A stretch of 64,000 nt of DNA from Bugula neritina (taxonomy: Eukaryota; Animalia; Bryozoa). Both the position numbers and the translations under genes were made by a program. Under the pieces are notes generated by a model. The model ran no database searches, was not told where the DNA came from, and saw only the letters and a list, made by a program, of their open reading frames with translations. Below are positions 61,301 to 64,000 of the stretch, piece after piece (the stretch's first letter is position 1; every line of letters begins with the position of its first letter). The stretch spans positions 6,728,741 to 6,792,740 of the forward strand of contig OZ037768.1 of assembly GCA_964035545.1 (NCBI GenBank). Direction: 5' to 3'.

Positions 61301-64000
61301 AGTGAAGACATTCTACACAAGCAATTTGTTCTCAGCTCTGATATGTTTGAGTTTGGGCCACTTCTTGCCGGTCAAAACAGGGAAACGTGAGTGTAATTCA
61401 TGTGTATGCATAAACTAGAATGAACACAAAGCCAATTTTATTACGTCACGTTATTTAGTTTTTTTCATATTATGATTATAAAATTTGCAAACTTCAATTA
61501 TTTGTATAGAATGTTTATTTTGTATTATTATTTAATACATTTATATACTGAACCAAAGCCAGGCTTGTACAGTTCTGGTTTATTTTAAAGCAACGTAAAC
61601 TTTTGAATTAAAATGTTTAATAAAGGACTGTATTATTCTTAGAATGAAGGCTAACCGATACCCAGAACACAATGAGAAGTTAACTATTACCAACACATCC
61701 CAGCTTGACGCTGAGCTGAGTTTCTGCTATCTTGAAGACAACAAAGGGGACTGCTTCATGCTTGACCCACCAAACATGTCCTTGAAGCCGGGAGAGCAGC
61801 AGGTCAATAACTGTTCTAACTTCATCAATTTTATTAGCATTATATAATATTATCTTGTGATACATAATATTATCTTGTGATACATGTTCCGTAGCATCTT
61901 AAGTAGTGTAGCAGCATTATTTTTCTCATGCAATATTTTCATGCATTTATCACATTTTACTGACCATGAAAATATGCTGTGAAAGCAAGCATTCACTTAG
62001 TCTGTCTGAAAAGTAATTTAGGCATTCAGGCATTATTGTTTGCAATAATATGCACTACTTTTGAGCTTTGTGCAATACATCATTATTTTAATACTCTTAC
62101 AAGTTTAACAAACTACTATCTATTATATGTCACATATTTTCTACAACCAATATTTACCTATGCATTATTGTTATATAGATAATTTGTTATAAGTGCTTAT
62201 GCAGTGTTTTTGTTGTTATAACAATTAATTGCATATGAAGTATAGGAAAATGCCAACTTTATTACACTTGTAAATATATATGCACGCATATGCTGCAATG
62301 TATGGTGTACTAGATATTAATGTAGTATATGTGTTACATAGAGGTATAATATGTTACAGAGTGTGTGATAGGTTTATTCATAAAAATAAACTTGTATGTA
62401 TACTTGTAGGCCCTCAACATTTATGCCTTCCCAAGATCGAGAGATTATTATGAAGATTCTCTTATCTGCTGCATCAAAGAGAACCCAGAGCCAGTCATAT
62501 TCAAGGTCAGCTGTCATGGCTGCCGGCCGGAACTTGAAGTGGACAAGAAAACACTGCAATTTGATAAAGTTCTCCTTCACAGGTACAATAAGCTTTCTGC
62601 ATTTATGGATCACTATTGTGAAACATGTCATTAGCCCTCAATTTTATTTGCTTTTTTTAATACTCATGTTTGTAATGTGAAAATTAATTTTTGTACATAG
62701 GTACAATAGATGCAGACTATTTCTTGAGCGGTTATAGGTTAAGTCTAACATGTTTAGTTAATAACACTCAGTAATAAAAACTGCATTATAATTATGATGC
62801 AATCACTGTCTTGTGCCAGTTTGAACTATTTGACTTAATTTTATAGAAAAGATACAAAAACGTTGTTTTTGCGAAACCGAACTCTCATACCAGTGGGTTG
62901 GCGTCTCTCAGGTCTAGAGAACTTGGGAGATGATTTTTCTGTATCACAGGACAACGGAGTTGTCGCACCTAACACCGAGTTTGCTCTGCAGGCCCACTTC
63001 AGAGCTACCAAACCTGTCATCACTAACAGGAAATCTATTAGACTTGAGGTACAGTCCAGTGATTTGTCACCATTTCACTCTTTTATTGAAAAGTCATTTC
63101 AAGTTATAGTTAAAATCCTAAATTAAAGCAGAATTAAGCAAAATACATAGTAAATCGATTTCATTTGATTGAGGATAAAATTATATCATTGCAAAGCTCT
63201 ATAACTTGTTGTATTATATTATAATAATCTTATATTTTATTCCAATTATAAATACAAATACTAATTCTTGCACATAATTATTTGTTATACAGTCGATATT
63301 GGCAGGGAATGTTTTGTTGTATTTTAGATCCTGGATAGTGACGATAATTATGGTATAGTTGAAGTAATCACTATTCATGTGCATGCTGAAGGATATGATG
63401 TGGCGTTAGATATGAGTTTTCCTAAAGGCACTGACGGTGGCATTGATTTTGGTACTGTCAGAGTTGGCGAGGAAGGAAAAAATCAACTGACAGTCAAGAA
63501 CAAAGGAAAATATGAGATCGCTTACAGGTAAAAAATATTTAACAGTTTTTAAATCAAGCATTTTATGGCTATATAGATGTCTCAACTGTTTTTGAAAGGT
63601 TTTTTTGTAATTTTTCATCTGGTAATCATCTCAATTAAATACTTTTTCACTAATACTATTCTTATTTGACTTAATTCTTTACAATATAATTATTGTTACC
63701 ATTTGGGGAGCTTCGCATGTGCCATTGATCATTTTGCTACTCTATCGAGTTAGGTTATATTGAATTTAGTTTAGTTGTATAAAAACTTTTATCAGAAAAT
63801 GCTGGTTTTCTATTAGCTTCACCTTGGAAAATGTAAGCGGAACCTCTCTACCTGACGTAGCCTCACTCTTTGTGGTCACTCCCCAGAAAGGCACTCTCAC
63901 CTCTACAGATCGACCTAGCACTGTGCAGATTTCTTTCAAATCCAACACTGAAATCACCATAAGAGATCTGCCTATACTTCGCTGTCAAGTGATTGAGCCT
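28301..64000 (+). CDS. HYDIN: Hydrocephalus-inducing protein homolog (axonemal central-pair protein); 5' part, continues beyond the right edge
   Basis: 50 phase-consistent coding exons: 28301-28570, 28852-28971, 29101-29235, 29698-29897, 30016-30342, 30758-30884, 31333-31542, 31830-32119, 39983-40227, 40656-40791, 41036-41174, 41444-41605, 41935-42087, 42270-42473, 42905-43078, 43191-43454, 44345-44638, 44985-45109, 45449-45608, 46586-46765, 47582-47746, 48024-48185, 48500-48650, 48882-49078, 49386-49569, 49875-50190, 50441-50714, 51377-51571, 52234-52392, 52588-52930, 53095-53292, 53487-53651, 53837-54243, 55608-55748, 56236-56419, 56587-56728, 56841-56921, 57494-57712, 57865-57984, 58139-58349, 58920-59039, 59340-59527, 59884-60138, 60242-60280, 61084-61386, 61643-61802, 62410-62582, 62847-63048, 63328-63527, 63817->64000. 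Motifs LFQPFPSEIFFQ, LVCITEREKFIVPV, repeated ASH/Ig-like (D/E)FG..N modules, and the ADK-like P-loop AIIVHGAPVSGKTS. Confidence 0.95.
32394..32697 (+). repeat. 5' LTR (304 bp)
   Basis: tgtggtggctc...aattataaca; identical by eye to the 3' LTR; ATTAAA at 32596-32601. Confidence 0.96.
32699..32716 (+). other. Primer-binding site complementary to the tRNA-Leu 3' end
   Basis: TGGTGGCAGCGGTGGGAT one base after the 5' LTR; reverse complement of ...ATCCCACCGCTGCCA-CCA, the 3' end of eukaryotic tRNA-Leu(AAG/TAG). Confidence 0.85.
32731..33597 (+). CDS. gag: Retrotransposon Gag (capsid), 288 aa
   Basis: First ORF after the primer site; KAPTFTGSEDVEQFIQEF...W...LRARFG...SLQEHA capsid-like pattern; no intact CCHC knuckle. 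Confidence 0.85.
   Translation: METENAGMQPPPVEGERRNAVNPVNYEGEEAYRHYLKAPTFTGSEDVEQFIQEFREVMEVAQWPHRVALIQLRRAVTEQAKPYGVGTDVNGILAALRARFGTSVIDARTKLERLCRTPRTSLQEHAATVKKLAQIAYSDLPAQHQERYTYDAFVQSLNDLGLDHHLRAKGITRMEDALKAGEAYLLATQMHRAQRNPPVVGVSAARATTGSEALPLEAEVDRMVEMLGQLVTILAGAGPGQALRMPPTPVGQGWSSADQDQRQEGRPQYQGALNCHGPRTFSLPAGRN
33546..33606 (+). promoter_or_regulatory. Putative -1 programmed ribosomal frameshift signal (gag-pol)
   Basis: G_TTA_AAC in the gag frame (33546-33552), 5-nt spacer, perfect 10-bp stem cggcccgcgg/ccgcgggccg (33558-33567/33581-33590); the -1 frame stays open through 33898. Confidence 0.75.
33546..38172 (+). pseudogene. pol: Pol polyprotein (protease, RT, RNase H, integrase), disrupted in this copy by a 1-nt frameshift in a G9 run (33890-33898) and an in-frame TAA (36265-36267)
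   Basis: Protease FLLDSG; RT RFCVDYRKLN, PFGL, YLDD; RNase H LDTDAS, ELLAV, TDH, NADGLSR; integrase HHCC (HKQAH...CEIC), D-D-E (VAVD, HSDQG, VVER) and GPY motif. The ORFs at 33886 and 36286 are in the same frame. Confidence 0.9.
38190..39356 (+). CDS. Retrotransposon ORF3, 388 aa: acidic/disordered N-terminus, tandem zinc fingers (C2H2 + C2HC), C-terminal coiled coil; not env-like
   Basis: Intact ORF 17 nt after the pol stop and before the polypurine tract; CNLCQQRFTTHRRLKVHLPQH and CPCGEYSYNRDYLLRHQRTMQC; heptad-like LREVEARAHDLEQEVYRLAPRIQAASSELKYLQESIKRMK. Confidence 0.8.
   Translation: METGSMPVNSELIQQIESELLGTTFHVNDDEDTVMADGLLDLELDTVLGQSTHDASVPRVHSKSCDSQASNGRQSLELCCKDPPRSNNNSTFVDTLAPVSTDMPSLEMAWDPEPAPTTPTTRQLPPQLEATSNWITPATEREIRTHQGGESNRECNLCQQRFTTHRRLKVHLPQHYITTFCPCGEYSYNRDYLLRHQRTMQCYQGHVYEVDESSYPAFLNAIKPLITDSARLSRLEQGFPSPRPIISGATDKPTQSANSPPHSPIRMPHTFPRVVLQRVDTNAYTLPPPLPSSERKRHRQPTSSRSSPWARNLREVEARAHDLEQEVYRLAPRIQAASSELKYLQESIKRMKRAARNQLESTYHSLLLIPLPLCGIPYRNGGTYSTCR
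39517..39527 (+). other. Polypurine tract
   Basis: GGAGGGGGCAG immediately before the 3' LTR. Confidence 0.8.
39528..39831 (+). repeat. 3' LTR (304 bp)
   Basis: Direct repeat of 32394-32697, followed by the ATAT duplication. Confidence 0.96.
44711..44781 (+). pseudogene. Degenerate tRNA-like sequence (tRNA pseudogene or SINE head)
   Basis: gcccctgtagtgtaatgggtagcgcac...ttgcagg...gtttgattcc...agggca: A-box and decayed B-box, but the stems pair poorly. Confidence 0.45.
45149..45349 (-). mobile_element. tRNA-derived SINE in a HYDIN intron, same family as 13428-13646
   Basis: On the - strand: A box (gtggtctaggggttag), B box (ggttcaaaccc), shared body and 3' end; flanking direct repeat tgctctttaaa(a)ctc at 45134-45148 and 45350-45363. 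Confidence 0.75.
48285..48482. repeat. Low-complexity (tgtatatac/tgcatat-like) repeat in a HYDIN intron
   Basis: Degenerate 9-bp-like units; they generate the spurious Tyr/Ile-rich ORFs in the track. Confidence 0.7.
49645..49703 (-). mobile_element. 3' fragment of the same SINE family
   Basis: ttatagtcgccatctcc...gaaaactcctgatggaaa...ggctaagga aligns to 45157-45219. Confidence 0.45.
59745..59843. repeat. 33-bp tandem repeat, 3 copies
   Basis: tttattagcgatcatggtatatatcaactaata x3 with 1-3 substitutions per copy. Confidence 0.85.

Overview
AT-rich, intron-rich animal genomic DNA, apparently from an invertebrate; the species cannot be determined from the sequence. I assembled five protein-coding genes from GT-AG sites with consistent reading phase. 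(1) The 5' end of a STARD4/5/6-type START lipid-transfer gene (- strand, runs off the left edge, missing from the ORF track). (2) NSFL1C/p47 (-, 9 exons, 400 aa). (3) An uncharacterised 564-aa gene (+, 9 coding exons) combining an N-terminal 'QSTSYNR' domain, an SV40-like NLS, a MIDAS vWA domain, an acidic tract, a bipartite NLS and about 23 histone-H1-like PAKK repeats. (4) PRELID3/slowmo (-, 6 coding exons, 201 aa). (5) The 5' part of HYDIN (+, 50 core coding exons, runs off the right edge). The intron after HYDIN coding exon 8 holds a full-length 7.4-kb Ty3/Gypsy element in sense orientation. It has identical 304-bp LTRs, an ATAT target-site duplication, a tRNA-Leu primer site, a -1 frameshift signal, two pol-disabling lesions and a non-env third ORF with zinc fingers and a coiled coil. 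MITEs, tRNA-derived SINEs and minisatellites are also present. The best candidates for new biology are the vWA/H1-tail nuclear protein and the zinc-finger ORF3 of the retroelement. All assignments are by eye; no database searches were run.
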